NCBI GenBank assembly: GCA_034435055.1
Contig: DAOTXS010000024.1
Coordinates: forward strand, 342 to 64,341
From: Anaerolineae bacterium
Lineage (GTDB): Bacteria; Chloroflexota; Anaerolineae; UBA4142
Direction: 5' to 3'
Length of the DNA: 64,000 bases
Shown: positions 37,578-47,620 of the stretch, one piece after another
Layout: each line of letters begins with the position of its first letter
How positions within the stretch are numbered: position 1 is the first letter of the stretch
Notes under the pieces: model-generated
Told to the model about the DNA's origin: nothing
Databases searched by the model: none
Seen by the model: the letters and a program-made list of their open reading frames with translations, nothing else
Position numbers and translations under genes: made by a program

Positions 37578-38477
37578 TTATTCTGCCACCACCGGTTTCT
37601 TGCGGCGACGGAATACGGTGCGTAAAATCCACGCCAGGACGATGAACGGCAAGAGCAAGATGATCAAAATCGGCAGGAAGAATAACACAAACCAGATGGC
37701 AAGATCGGCGATGCCTTGTAACGCTTGCACCAACGCCTTCAACGCTTGCGCGACGGTTTTGTTCGGCATCCACGTGTCCGGTTCGAGAATTTGCACATCC
37801 TCATACGGGACAAGATCGATGGTCATCGTCGCGAGCGTGCTGGTTTTTTCGAGCACGTTGATCTGACCTTTGGTCTGTTCGATCTGTTGACGAATCTCGG
37901 TCAATCGATTGTACACCGCGAGAATATCCTCGGCTCTGCCGGTGCGCTCGCGCACGGTCGCTAGTAACTTGGTCAATTCGACTTCGGTGGCTTCGAGATT
38001 TTTCAAACGCGCGTCGAGATTAACATACTGATCGGTTACATCTTTCGAATCTTTGTTGCGGCTCAACGTCTTGAGCGCGACGGCTTCGATTTTCTTTTGG
38101 GCATCGTCCAGCGATTCTGCCGGAATTCGCAAAGTAATCGTCCCGCGCATTCGTCCTTTGTTATCGCGCGACAAGTTGGAACCGGCAATGTAACCTTTGT
38201 ACGCTGTTGCAATTGTCGCAATCTCGTTTGCTGCCTTGTCTGCATCTTGAACTTGAAGCGATAAACGCACAGTATAGACAATCATGCGCTCTGCGTTCTG
38301 CGTTTCTGGCGCGTTCGTCGTTACCGCGTCGGTGGATCGCTTGACGGCATCGGCGGCAGGCGCGGGCGGTTGCGCGGGAAGTCCGCTGGTCTCAATCGAC
38401 GAGCGCGAGACGGGCGCGGCACAGCCGGCAATCGTGAAAAGAGAAATCAAAGCAAAGGTTAGCCAAAAGCGTTTCAT
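37578..38477 (-). CDS. DUF4349 lipoprotein
   Basis: Lipobox IAGC; ERMIVYT, DVTDQYVNLDARLKNL, C-terminal TM. Confidence 0.88.
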   Translation of the reverse strand: MKRFWLTFALISLFTIAGCAAPVSRSSIETSGLPAQPPAPAADAVKRSTDAVTTNAPETQNAERMIVYTVRLSLQVQDADKAANEIATIATAYKGYIAGSNLSRDNKGRMRGTITLRIPAESLDDAQKKIEAVALKTLSRNKDSKDVTDQYVNLDARLKNLEATEVELTKLLATVRERTGRAEDILAVYNRLTEIRQQIEQTKGQINVLEKTSTLATMTIDLVPYEDVQILEPDTWMPNKTVAQALKALVQALQGIADLAIWFVLFFLPILIILLLPFIVLAWILRTVFRRRKKPVVAE

Positions 38478-38575
38478 TGTATCCTCCGTCGAGAAATCGG
38501 TTTCATTCGTTAGACGCTTTCTGCCGTAAAAAGTTCCAAGACCTGACCGGCTTTTTCAATCGGTCAGATCTTCAT

Positions 38576-39310
38576 TCACCATCCATAACTCAAGCGCTGA
38601 ATCAATCGGGTGGGGAGTTTGGCTTGTTCCATTTTCGCTTGGGTTGCCACAATGTCGTACTCGATGCGATAATGCGTCAGCGTGGTCGTTTCCAGATCGA
38701 GGATGGCATACGCAGCGCGCGGGTCGCCGTCGCGCGGCTGACCGACGCTCCCCGGGTTGATCATCATTCGTTCGGGACCAAGCGCGATGGGAAATCCTTC
38801 TGGCATCGGTTCGGCGGTTGCCATTTGTTCTTCACGGTGATAACGGTACAAGACCGGCACGTGCGTATGACCCACCAAGCAAAACGGCGTGTCGAAATGT
38901 TCAAAGTTGATGCGCGCGACGGCAGGCGTCAACACGTACTCCCAAATCGGATAGCGCGGACTGCCGTGCACCAGCGTATATTTCGATTCTTGAACCGGGA
39001 TGCGTTCTGGCAGTGCGTGAAGCCAGCTCAAACTTTCGGGGTTCAATTGATTGCGCGTCCAAATCGCGGAGCGGCGCGCGTCTGGGTTGAACTCTTCCAA
39101 ATCGAGTTTGTCCAACACCGCCCAATCGTGATTGCCGGCAAGGCACGTCAAATCGTAATGTCGCAACCGATCGATGCAGGCGTTGGGTTCAGGTCCATAA
39201 CCGACGACATCGCCCAGGCACCAAACCCGGTCGAAGCGTTCGGCGTTGTTGATCACGGCGTCGAGCGCAACGAGATTGGCATGAATATCGGAGACGATGA
39301 GAATTCTCAT
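38576..39310 (-). CDS. Calcineurin-like metallophosphoesterase
   Basis: SDIHAN, GDVVGYG, GNHD, HGSP, GHTH, NPGSVGQPRD. Confidence 0.95.
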   Translation of the reverse strand: MRILIVSDIHANLVALDAVINNAERFDRVWCLGDVVGYGPEPNACIDRLRHYDLTCLAGNHDWAVLDKLDLEEFNPDARRSAIWTRNQLNPESLSWLHALPERIPVQESKYTLVHGSPRYPIWEYVLTPAVARINFEHFDTPFCLVGHTHVPVLYRYHREEQMATAEPMPEGFPIALGPERMMINPGSVGQPRDGDPRAAYAILDLETTTLTHYRIEYDIVATQAKMEQAKLPTRLIQRLSYGW

Positions 39311-39383
39311 AGGTGATTTGGCGGTATTCTACCACAGGAAAGCAAAATCGCAAACAAGGACAATAGTACTTGCCGGGTCTGCA

Positions 39384-39412
39384 TTGTCCAACCTCGTCAA
39401 TCGGAGTATAAT
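39384..39412 (+). promoter_or_regulatory. Putative promoter of tsaE operon
   Basis: TTGTCC - 17 nt - TATAAT. Confidence 0.6.
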
Positions 39413-39433
39413 GCGGTTGAAAAAGAAACGGCG

Positions 39434-39916
39434 ATGGCTTTTACTTTACACACCATTCTCACACACAGCGCAGAACAAACGCAACGAATCGGCGAACGCT
39501 TGGGCAACCGCGCGCGCGCCGGCGATCTGTTTTTTCTTGAAGGCGAATTGGGCGCGGGCAAAACGTGTTTTGCGCAAGGGCTGGGACGCGGGCTGGGGAT
39601 CGTCGAAGAGATCAATAGTCCGACGTTTATTTTGGCAAACGAACATCGCGGCGGTCGCTTGACGTTGTATCATCTTGACGTCTATCGCGTGCACAGCGCA
39701 GACGAAGCCATCGGGATTGGCTTGGACGATTACTTGTCCGGCGATGGCGTGTGCGTGATCGAATGGGCGGAGAAGATTCGCGCCGCGTTGCCAGCCGAAG
39801 GACTGTGGATTGCCTTTCGTCACGTTGACGAAAATTCGCGCGAGTTGAAATTCACGGCGACCGGTAAACGGTACGTCGATTTGTTGAACGAGTTGAAAAA
39901 TGCTACTCGCGATTGA
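39434..39916 (+). CDS. tsaE: t6A biosynthesis ATPase
   Basis: GELGAGKT, SPTF, HLDVYR, IEWAE. Confidence 0.96.
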   Translation: MAFTLHTILTHSAEQTQRIGERLGNRARAGDLFFLEGELGAGKTCFAQGLGRGLGIVEEINSPTFILANEHRGGRLTLYHLDVYRVHSADEAIGIGLDDYLSGDGVCVIEWAEKIRAALPAEGLWIAFRHVDENSRELKFTATGKRYVDLLNELKNATRD

Positions 39917-40589
39917 CACTGCCACGCGCGCCGCGAGCATCGCGCTGTACGACGAAACCGGCGTTCTCGCCGAATTGACGTGGCGCTCGCGTGAAAATCA
40001 CACCGTCGAATTGATGGCGCAAATCGTTCGCCTGCTCAATTTGGCGCACGCGCAGAAATCGGATTTGCGCGCGATTGGCGTGGCGTCGGGTCCCGGCTCG
40101 TTCACCGGCTTGCGCGTCGGGATGAGCGTTGCAAAAGGTTTGGCGTACGGTTGCGCGATTCCAATTTTCGGCGTGCCGACGCTGGACGCGGTTGCGTTGC
40201 CGCACGCGTTTCAGCCCGCGCCAATTTGGGTGATTCTCGCCGCCGGGCGTGGACGTTTTTCCGTTGCGAAATACACATCGCAGCGTGGCGCGATTTCCCG
40301 CGTGAGTGATTACGCGCTGGTCAATATCGATGGACTGGGTGAGCTTGCCGCGCGCGCGGCGGATGCATCGATGTTGTTTGGCGGCGATGTCGATGAAGCG
40401 ATGACGAATCGATTGAAAGAAAAATTTGGCGCGCGCGCGGTGATCGCGTCGCCGGCGATGAATGTGCGGCGCGCCGGCTTCATCGCGGAATTGGCGTGGG
40501 CGCGTTTCTGTCGTGGCGAGTCAGATGATGTGGCGACGCTGGCGCCAATGTATCTGCCGCACGAATCAGTCGAAGGATCGAAAGCGTAA
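39900..40589 (+). CDS. tsaB: t6A biosynthesis protein TsaB
   Basis: LAIDTAT, GPGSFTGLRVG, APMYL. Confidence 0.96.
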   Translation: MLLAIDTATRAASIALYDETGVLAELTWRSRENHTVELMAQIVRLLNLAHAQKSDLRAIGVASGPGSFTGLRVGMSVAKGLAYGCAIPIFGVPTLDAVALPHAFQPAPIWVILAAGRGRFSVAKYTSQRGAISRVSDYALVNIDGLGELAARAADASMLFGGDVDEAMTNRLKEKFGARAVIASPAMNVRRAGFIAELAWARFCRGESDDVATLAPMYLPHESVEGSKA

Positions 40590-40597
40590 TTTTGTTA

Positions 40598-40648
40598 GCC
40601 GCAGAAACACGCGGAAATCCGCAGAAATTTTCTGTGGGATTCAGTGGC
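40598..40648. repeat. Empty GCCGCAG hairpin repeat
   Basis: GCCGCAGAAACACGCGGAAATCCGCAGAAA..TTCTGTGGGATTCAGTGGC; resembles GxxExxY flanks. Confidence 0.7.
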
Positions 40649-40658
40649 AAAGATTACA

Positions 40659-41279
40659 ATGCTTGATTATTCCAACTTGCCGTATCGCGTCGAACCGATG
40701 GTGCCGCAGGATGTTGCGACGATTATGGAGATCGAAAATGTTTCGTTCTCCGCGCCGTGGTCGGCGCGCGCGTACGATTACGAGTTGCGTTACAATGAAA
40801 TGGCGCATTATTTCGTCGCGCGGTTGCAACAGCAACCAGCGGTGGCAATTCCGCCCAAGCCGGTTTTTTCGTGGCGGCGTTGGTTTGAGCGCGGCACTCG
40901 TTTGGCGGATGCGGATGCGGCGAACGTCGTCGGTTATGCCGGCTTTTGGTTGATGGTCGATGAAGCGCACATCAGCACGATTGCCACCCATCCGCAATGG
41001 CGGCGGCGCGGCATCGGCGAATTGATGTTGATCGCGATGATCGATGCGGCGGCGGCAATCGGCGCGCGGTGGATGACGTTGGAGGTTCGTGTGTCTAACA
41101 CCGGCGCGCAAGCGTTGTATCGCAAATTTGGGTTCGATGTAACTGGGATGCGGCGGCATTACTACACCGATAATAATGAAGACGCGCTGATTATGACGAC
41201 GCCGTTGATCACGACGATCGAATACCAAATGAAACTCGATGGTTTGAGAGGCGCGTTGTTCAGCCGCTTGTCGAGATAA
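40659..41279 (+). CDS. rimI: Ribosomal protein S18-alanine N-acetyltransferase
   Basis: EAHISTIA..RRRGIG, TLEVRVSN..AQALY..FGF, YYTDNNEDALIM. Confidence 0.93.
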   Translation: MLDYSNLPYRVEPMVPQDVATIMEIENVSFSAPWSARAYDYELRYNEMAHYFVARLQQQPAVAIPPKPVFSWRRWFERGTRLADADAANVVGYAGFWLMVDEAHISTIATHPQWRRRGIGELMLIAMIDAAAAIGARWMTLEVRVSNTGAQALYRKFGFDVTGMRRHYYTDNNEDALIMTTPLITTIEYQMKLDGLRGALFSRLSR

Positions 41280-41396
41280 GGTGGCTGTGGTAAAATCCAG
41301 CCGCAGGTTTCGCAAATGCTCCGCACGTAAAAAATTATACCGGTGTAATTGACGGAATCTGCGGATTGCTTTGGGATAAGGTGTCGAGGAGAAAAA

Positions 41397-41612
41397 ATGG
41401 TCAGTCCAGAGTTGCTCGAAATCTTACGTTGTCCCGCGTGCGTGCGCAACGGACCAAACGCCGGGATGCTTGATTTCATCCGCGAGACGTGGCTGGTCTG
41501 CCGCGATTGCGGCCGCAAGTATCCGGTCAAGAACGACATTCCGATTATGCTCATCGAGGAAGGCGATAAATACCGCGCCACGCCGATCGAGCAGTTGGGC
41601 GCGCCGGCATAA
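41397..41612 (+). CDS. Trm112-family small protein
   Basis: LLEILRCPAC..LVCRDCGRKYPVKNDIPIML. Confidence 0.92.
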   Translation: MVSPELLEILRCPACVRNGPNAGMLDFIRETWLVCRDCGRKYPVKNDIPIMLIEEGDKYRATPIEQLGAPA

Positions 41613-41703
41613 TCCGGCGAACGCTGAAAAACGTAGCATAAACAGGTAAAGTCAACGGGGACGACGTTACTTTGACCTGTTTATTTTTTCTGAGGGAGAA
41701 AGT

Positions 41704-43065
41704 ATGAAAAAGCCAATCCTCGTACTTGGCGCAATTTTGTTTGTGTTGAGTGTGTTCGCCGCGCCGGCGTTCGCGGCAGACCCGATTGCAATTACGTCGA
41801 ACAAGTTCGTCAACAACTTTCGACAAAATCTGCAATTCAAATTGGACGCGACGAGTACGGCCGGCAAAATCAATCAAATCGCGCTCTTTATTCAAATCGA
41901 TGGGGTGTCGTCGAGCGCGCGGCAATTGCCGGAATTCACCGCCGACAAACAGGTTGCGGCGACGTACGAATGGAATCTCACGCGCAATTATTTGCCGCCC
42001 GGCGTGACCGGTCAATTTTGGTGGATCATCGAAGATGATGCCGGGAGCAAATTGACCACCGACAAGCAATCGTTCCGGGTCGAAGACACCTCGAAACAGT
42101 GGAGGAAATTATCGAACGAGAAGCTCGCCATCTTTTGGTACAACGGCGGCGATAGTTTCGGCAAAGCGTTGTTTGAGCGCGGTGTCGAGGCGATGAAATT
42201 TTTGGAGCAGGACACCGGCGTCGTCATCGATCGGCAAATTCAAACGTACATCTACGGCAATCGCGCCGATTTTCGCAACGCGTTGTCGGTGGGCGCGCAA
42301 GAGTGGACGGGTGGACAGGCGTTCCCGGATTACAGCGTCGTTTTGATCAACGTCGAGCCGACGGCGTTGGAGTGGGGCAAAGGCGCGACGGTGCACGAGT
42401 TGACGCATCAAGTCATTCATCAAAAGATCAAGGGTCCGCTCGGCGATTTGTCGATGCCACATTGGATGGACGAAGGGCTGGCGATGTACTATGAAACGTA
42501 TCCCGACCAACTCGATTCGCAATTCAACACGCCGTTGCGCCGCGCCATTCAAAACGATACGGTCGTTGCGTTGCGAACGTTGAGCGGCGCCTTCCCCGCC
42601 GATTCCAACGCGGCGAATCTGGCGTACGCGCAAAGTTACGCCGTCGTCGATTTCATCTATCGCAAGTACGGCAAAGACAAGATGGCGACGATGCTCCAAG
42701 AATTCAAAAAGGGCGGAAACTATGACGACATTCTCAAAAAAGTGATTGGTGTCGATACCGATGGGTTGGATAATGCGTGGCGGCAGGAAGTAGGATTGAA
42801 GCCACGTGCGGTGGCAACCCGTTCGTTGCCGCAATCAAGCGCGATTCCGACCATCGGTCTCTCCACCGATTACTCGACGCCGATGCCGGGCGCGCCAGCA
42901 ACCGCGACGCCGCCGCGCGTCTCGCAGAATGTTACCCCTGCCGCGCCATCGTCGAGCGCGTCCAGCAGTTCCGGGACGACGATTCAAATCTGTAGTGCGT
43001 CGTTCTTGGTGTTTGCGGTGGGATTTTTGGGAGTCGTGCTGAGCCGGCGGAAGAAAGTTTTGTAG
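41704..43065 (+). CDS. Secreted peptidase MA-family (HEXXH) protein
   Basis: Signal peptide, VHELTH, WMDEGLA, AYAQS; S/T/P-rich linker and C-terminal hydrophobic anchor with basic tail. Confidence 0.88.
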   Translation: MKKPILVLGAILFVLSVFAAPAFAADPIAITSNKFVNNFRQNLQFKLDATSTAGKINQIALFIQIDGVSSSARQLPEFTADKQVAATYEWNLTRNYLPPGVTGQFWWIIEDDAGSKLTTDKQSFRVEDTSKQWRKLSNEKLAIFWYNGGDSFGKALFERGVEAMKFLEQDTGVVIDRQIQTYIYGNRADFRNALSVGAQEWTGGQAFPDYSVVLINVEPTALEWGKGATVHELTHQVIHQKIKGPLGDLSMPHWMDEGLAMYYETYPDQLDSQFNTPLRRAIQNDTVVALRTLSGAFPADSNAANLAYAQSYAVVDFIYRKYGKDKMATMLQEFKKGGNYDDILKKVIGVDTDGLDNAWRQEVGLKPRAVATRSLPQSSAIPTIGLSTDYSTPMPGAPATATPPRVSQNVTPAAPSSSASSSSGTTIQICSASFLVFAVGFLGVVLSRRKKVL

Positions 43066-43179
43066 TACCTCTCTCCGACCCTCTCCTAAAAGGAGAGAGC
43101 GCAAATGAAACGGGCAATGCTCATAAAGCATTGCCCGTTTTGTTGTACTCTAAAAATCAACTGCGAAGACAAAAAGGAA

Positions 43180-43266
43180 TTGTCATTCCGAGTGACCCGC
43201 GCAGCGGGGAGCGAAGAATCTCGTTCAAGTCATAACGAAACCCTTCGCTTTGCTCAGGGTGACAAA
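43180..43266. repeat. REP-like palindromic element (GTCATTCCGAG variant)
   Basis: TTGTCATTCCGAG..GCGAAGAATCTC..CTTCGCTTTGCTCAGGGTGACAA. Confidence 0.75.
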
Positions 43267-44754
43267 GGAATCGCGCCGCGCACAAAATTTGCCAACGTCT
43301 TTTTGAGTTTTGCGAGCGAGGGCAGGTGGATGTACATCATATGCCCGGCTTCGTAAAACGACAGCGACAAATTCTTTTCGAGCGACGGATCGATGCCGAG
43401 ATGGTTGAACGTGTACTGCGTGGCAAAGTACGGCGTCGCAAAATCGTAATAGCCGTTTGCCACGTGGACTTAGAAACGGATTGATCGTCATCGCCTCGCG
43501 CAACGTTTCCGCGACGTTGACGTACTGATTTTCGTGTTGTGCGTAACTCCACGGTTGCACGCGCGGCGTCAGAATTTCGTACGGCAGATCGGTTTCAAAA
43601 CGCAACTCGCCGCGCACGTAATCGTTGAACGTTGCGGTGTACGGTCCGATGATGTTGGTCAAACTGGGATCGTACTCGTGCGCCTCGCCCGCCGCATCCC
43701 GGTCGATGCCCTTGAAGCGACTGTCGAGCCGTCCAACGGTGCGACGCTCGTCGCGCAACAGTTCTTTGCAAAAGCGATGAATCTCGATGCGCAGATTCGT
43801 GCGGTCGATGTAATCGATGGATAGACCGGTGTAGCGGGATAATTTTGCGACGATGGCTTGACGTTCGTCGGCGGTGAGCGTTGCGCCTTTTGCCAACGCG
43901 AGCGTGTACTCGCCGAGCGCAAATGCTTCAACCTCACGCAGTGTCGCTTGCAAATCGTTCTGCAATTCCGGCGCGAGTCGTTGGTGATACCACGCGGTCG
44001 AAGTGTACGTCGGCAAGAATAAAATGTATGGCAAATCGTTGCCGGTGTTAAAGCGCGCGGTCGCAAAATTCAGAATCGACGAGACGAGCATAATGCCGTT
44101 CAAGTACATCCCGTGTCGATTTTGTAAATAGCCGGCCAAGCCCGCCGCGCGCGTCGTGCCGTAACTTTCGCCGATCAAAAATTTGGGCGAGGTCCAGCGT
44201 TGATAGCGCGTGGCGTACAGTCGAATGAAATCGCCGACCGACTCGATGTCCTTTTTGAAACCGTGAAACTCTTTCGCTTTTTCGCCGACGACCGGTCGTG
44301 AAAACCCGGTGCTGACCGGATCGATGAACACGAGATCGGTTACATCGAGCAGTGAGAATTCGTTGTCGGTGAGTTGGTACGGCGGCGGCGGCAAATCGCC
44401 GAGGTCGGTCATCACGACGCGGCGCGGACCCAGCACGCCGAGATGCAACCACACCGATGACGACCCAGGACCGCCGTTGAACGAAAATGTCAGCGGGCGT
44501 TTCGTTTTGTCGGTTACGTCGTCGCGCGTGTAGGCGATGAAGAAAATGGATGCTCGTGCCTTTTCGCCTTCCGACTCGCCGGCTTGGTCGCCTTTCTTTT
44601 CTGATTCCTCTTTCAGCACGATGGTGCCGCAGGTGACGGTGTATTTGATTTCCTGTCCACCCAGCGTGATGCTGTGTTTGGTCTCGACGATTTGGTCTTT
44701 GGGTTCTGGTTTTTGGTCTTCGGATTTCTTTTCGTGGGTGTCTTTATCGGACAT
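43254..44754 (-). pseudogene. S10 serine carboxypeptidase, frameshifted near 43470
   Basis: FNGGPGSSS, DPVSTGFS, GESYG in main frame; VANGYYDFATP..YEAGHMMY (catalytic Asp/His region) in second frame. Confidence 0.85.
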
Positions 44755-44779
44755 TGAAAACTCCGGTGAATTGCTATTG

Positions 44780-44866
44780 TCGCCATCGGCTCAAGCCGAC
44801 GGCGATTGGGCGTGAAACCCGCCAAGCGGGTTTGAAGATTGATAGCCGTCGAATTTATTCGATGGC
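44780..44866. repeat. Triple-hairpin REP-like element
   Basis: TCGCCATCGGC/GCCGACGGCGA, AAACCCGC/GCGGGTTT, GCCGTCGAAT/ATTCGATGGC. Confidence 0.65.
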
Positions 44867-44958
44867 GCGGTCGGTGCGCGTGTGTTTGCTGCCGTGCGTT
44901 GTCGCAATCCACTCAGACAGTCAATCTGGTACTGAAGTAATCACCAGGGATGATTGAA

Positions 44959-45399
44959 TTAGCCGTCCTTTTTCGATTCTTTCTTTTGGTCATCATTGAA
45001 ATAAACATCCAAATCTTTTAACTCAGACCAATGAGAAGCACTTGAGCCATCTTTGATTGGGCCGTACACTGGATATCCGAACTCGTCAGGCTGTCCAATC
45101 ACGTAATGATAAACATTGAGAGGTGGCTCACCTGCTCTCGGTTTATTTTCTATTCTAACCCAATCAATCCCCCCCACCAAGCTGCTCGGCGGTGGCTGAA
45201 AAGTGTGTTGCGTAGGAGCAATGCCGCTGGCAAATACAGCAAATGTATTCACACTTCCAAAATGGTCTTTGATTAGATTCCACCGTTCTTGTGGAAGGTC
45301 ATTCACCTTCCAAAACCCAGGGCCGACAAGTTCATTAAGATTCTCTCTGGTGATATAGAAATTCGGTCTTGGCGGAATTCCCGAAGGTGTTTCTGTCAT
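44959..45399 (-). CDS. AT-rich hypothetical protein
   Basis: ATG 45399 with GGGAGA RBS; about 146 aa; no motif recognised. Confidence 0.6.
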   Translation of the reverse strand: MTETPSGIPPRPNFYITRENLNELVGPGFWKVNDLPQERWNLIKDHFGSVNTFAVFASGIAPTQHTFQPPPSSLVGGIDWVRIENKPRAGEPPLNVYHYVIGQPDEFGYPVYGPIKDGSSASHWSELKDLDVYFNDDQKKESKKDG

Positions 45400-45460
45400 T
45401 GTATTCTCCCAAATAGCAACCACTTGCGCGTGTTTGCTAAATCCGTTCTGGGTCACCAGG

Positions 45461-46501
45461 TTATTTTGTGTCTAGCCAAACTCGCATCTCGTTTGGGAAT
45501 ATCGCTTGCCCATACGCGAGCAGTGGATGAGAGTCTCCCGCTGTAACTGTGAATGCTATCCAACCTTCAAGAGAACCATTGGCATATATTCTTCCCAAGA
45601 ACTGGGGGTCAGGAGGAACAACCGTCTGTCCCTTGAATGACTGAGCTTCTTTTCCATCGGATGTCACGACGACAAAGTACGCATCGCTCAGCATAACTGA
45701 TGATTCTTTACCCGCCTTGACAAGACGAGCGCGAACTTTGAACAACATGTATTCAGCACCAGACGGAGGAGGTTTGTTGTATTGATTCGCTGATTTTATT
45801 CGGTTCCAAGCGTCCTGCCCACGAAAATATTGAAGCAAGGTGAATTCAATTTGCTGATTGTCATGACCTGTCCAAATCACGCTTTTTCCGAGTGGGACTG
45901 GATTAGAACGTGTATAGCCAGGAACATTGGGCGGTGGTGTTGGTGTCGGAGCAAACAGAGCAAGCGTTGGTAGAGGACGAAGCGTCGGTATAGGAGCAAG
46001 TGTTGGCGTCGGAAGGAGCGTTGGAGTTGGTATATTTACAAACGTAGGATTATTCAGAATTGCTAACTCTGCTTTGGCTCTCTGAAAATTGTTAGCAGCA
46101 GAGGTAAGCTTTATACTGACTATCCAATCACTCTGTTGCCCCATGAAAGAAATATATGCTTCAATCGTTTCATCCATTCCCGCGACAACGTATTGGAAAT
46201 ACGCGTCAGCACAACTAGGATGTTGGAGATTTTTGTAATCGCGCCTAATCTGTTGCATCTCCCCGATGACAGGAGATAACGCAATTCTTGGTGTAGCATC
46301 AGCGCGCCTTGTGGCGTCATAGAACTTGTCAAGAGTTTCGCTTGTCGTTTTTAGGAAATCCTTTGCGTTGCATTTGGGTAATCCTATTACTGCAGGAGTA
46401 TTCGTGCTATAGAGAATTACACCACCGACGCAAAAGACTCCGATGGCTGCGAGTGTCAAAATAGCTAGAATTGTCCATTGCGTTCGAGTGAATCCCACCA
46501 T
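45461..46501 (-). CDS. Membrane-anchored protein with C-terminal Ig-like (DUF4352-like) domain
   Basis: AGGGAGGA RBS, N-terminal TM, helical domain, PTPTL linker, GAEYMLFKVR..GSLEGWIAF. Confidence 0.75.
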   Translation of the reverse strand: MVGFTRTQWTILAILTLAAIGVFCVGGVILYSTNTPAVIGLPKCNAKDFLKTTSETLDKFYDATRRADATPRIALSPVIGEMQQIRRDYKNLQHPSCADAYFQYVVAGMDETIEAYISFMGQQSDWIVSIKLTSAANNFQRAKAELAILNNPTFVNIPTPTLLPTPTLAPIPTLRPLPTLALFAPTPTPPPNVPGYTRSNPVPLGKSVIWTGHDNQQIEFTLLQYFRGQDAWNRIKSANQYNKPPPSGAEYMLFKVRARLVKAGKESSVMLSDAYFVVVTSDGKEAQSFKGQTVVPPDPQFLGRIYANGSLEGWIAFTVTAGDSHPLLAYGQAIFPNEMRVWLDTK

Positions 46502-46956
46502 ATCCTCCCTATCAAAGCTCGCTTGGGGCGCGAATGCACCTTCGTTAAAAGGGCATGTCAGCAAACTTATATTTCACGAACTACGAGTGCGGGAATCACG
46601 GAATTTCACGCTCAAGCTGTTTGGATTCCCGCATCTTTGGGTGCGGGAAACCAAACGGGGTTTTCCGCACCTGTAATGATTCTGTGTCTTTTATCCCCCC
46701 TCGCTTGACAAAACTCGCCCATCCAACCATCCCATCACCTAACCACCCAACTATCGCACTATTGCACTATCGCACCATCGCACTATCAAACTATTCAACT
46801 CTCCTCACCACCGCTTTCTCCAAATCCTTCACCACAATCAAAATTTCGTGCCGGGCACGGGTGCGCCTAAAATATAAAGCAGATTCCGCATCACGTCAAC
46901 ACAGAACCTGCTTTGGGGAGTTGAAAAGTGTGGCTGTCCACTTTGAATTAGGCAAC

Positions 46957-47259
46957 TCATGAGGAAGAACGATTTTTTAGCCAGCGTTCAAACGAGGTCA
47001 TGCTTTCGGTAGATTTTTTCCCCAATAACATTCCCTCCACGCCAATATCCTCGTCCAAATCGGGCCAATAAATTCCAAAACCCGCGCCGCTAACCTGAAA
47101 ATTCTCGCGTTCAGCGGGCGTGCCATGTGCGAGCCGTGGATACCAGCCAATCGGCACGGAAATCGTTCGACCATCTTCCAGGTCAACGGTCAATGTATCG
47201 TCGTCGATGGAAACCGCGATGATTTTAGCCAATCCGATTATTGCTTGAGCAGAAATCAT
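46957..47259 (-). CDS. DUF2442 protein (putative antitoxin partner)
   Basis: LTVDLEDGRTISVP..YPRL..AT..ER..GIYWPDLDEDI. Confidence 0.88.
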   Translation of the reverse strand: MISAQAIIGLAKIIAVSIDDDTLTVDLEDGRTISVPIGWYPRLAHGTPAERENFQVSGAGFGIYWPDLDEDIGVEGMLLGKKSTESMTSFERWLKNRSSS

Positions 47260-47479
47260 CCCACACCTTTCTCAATTTTGGCAGATTGTCTCTCGTGATT
47301 CGTTCAATGTCGCGCAATTCTTTCCTGTTGTAACCAAAATTTTCCGCCAGTGCGACGTCAGGATCAAGCCAGAACTTGGCACTTTTGTTTTCTCGATCAA
47401 CGTGCATATGTCGTGGTTCCCCACAATCATACGAGTAGAAATAAAATCGATACGGACCGATGAAAATTGCAGTTGGCAT
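47225..47479 (-). CDS. DUF4160 protein (putative toxin partner)
   Basis: MPT..IGPYRFYFYS..EPRHMHV..AKFWL. Confidence 0.9.
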   Translation of the reverse strand: MPTAIFIGPYRFYFYSYDCGEPRHMHVDRENKSAKFWLDPDVALAENFGYNRKELRDIERITRDNLPKLRKVWDDFCSSNNRIG

Positions 47480-47620
47480 TATTGTTTCGACTCTTGCTGA
47501 TTTCTTGATGAGCGGTTCATCGCATTTCTATATCCGAATATAGAACATATTCTACTTCGCGTCAAACCTCAAATGCTCAACAACCCACCCACCTAACCAC
47601 CCAACTATCGCACCATTGCA

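Noticed and set aside
46721-46800. Tandem repeats as a CRISPR array
   Set aside because: 8-nt units without unique spacers and no cas genes; no CRISPR array seen anywhere in the window.
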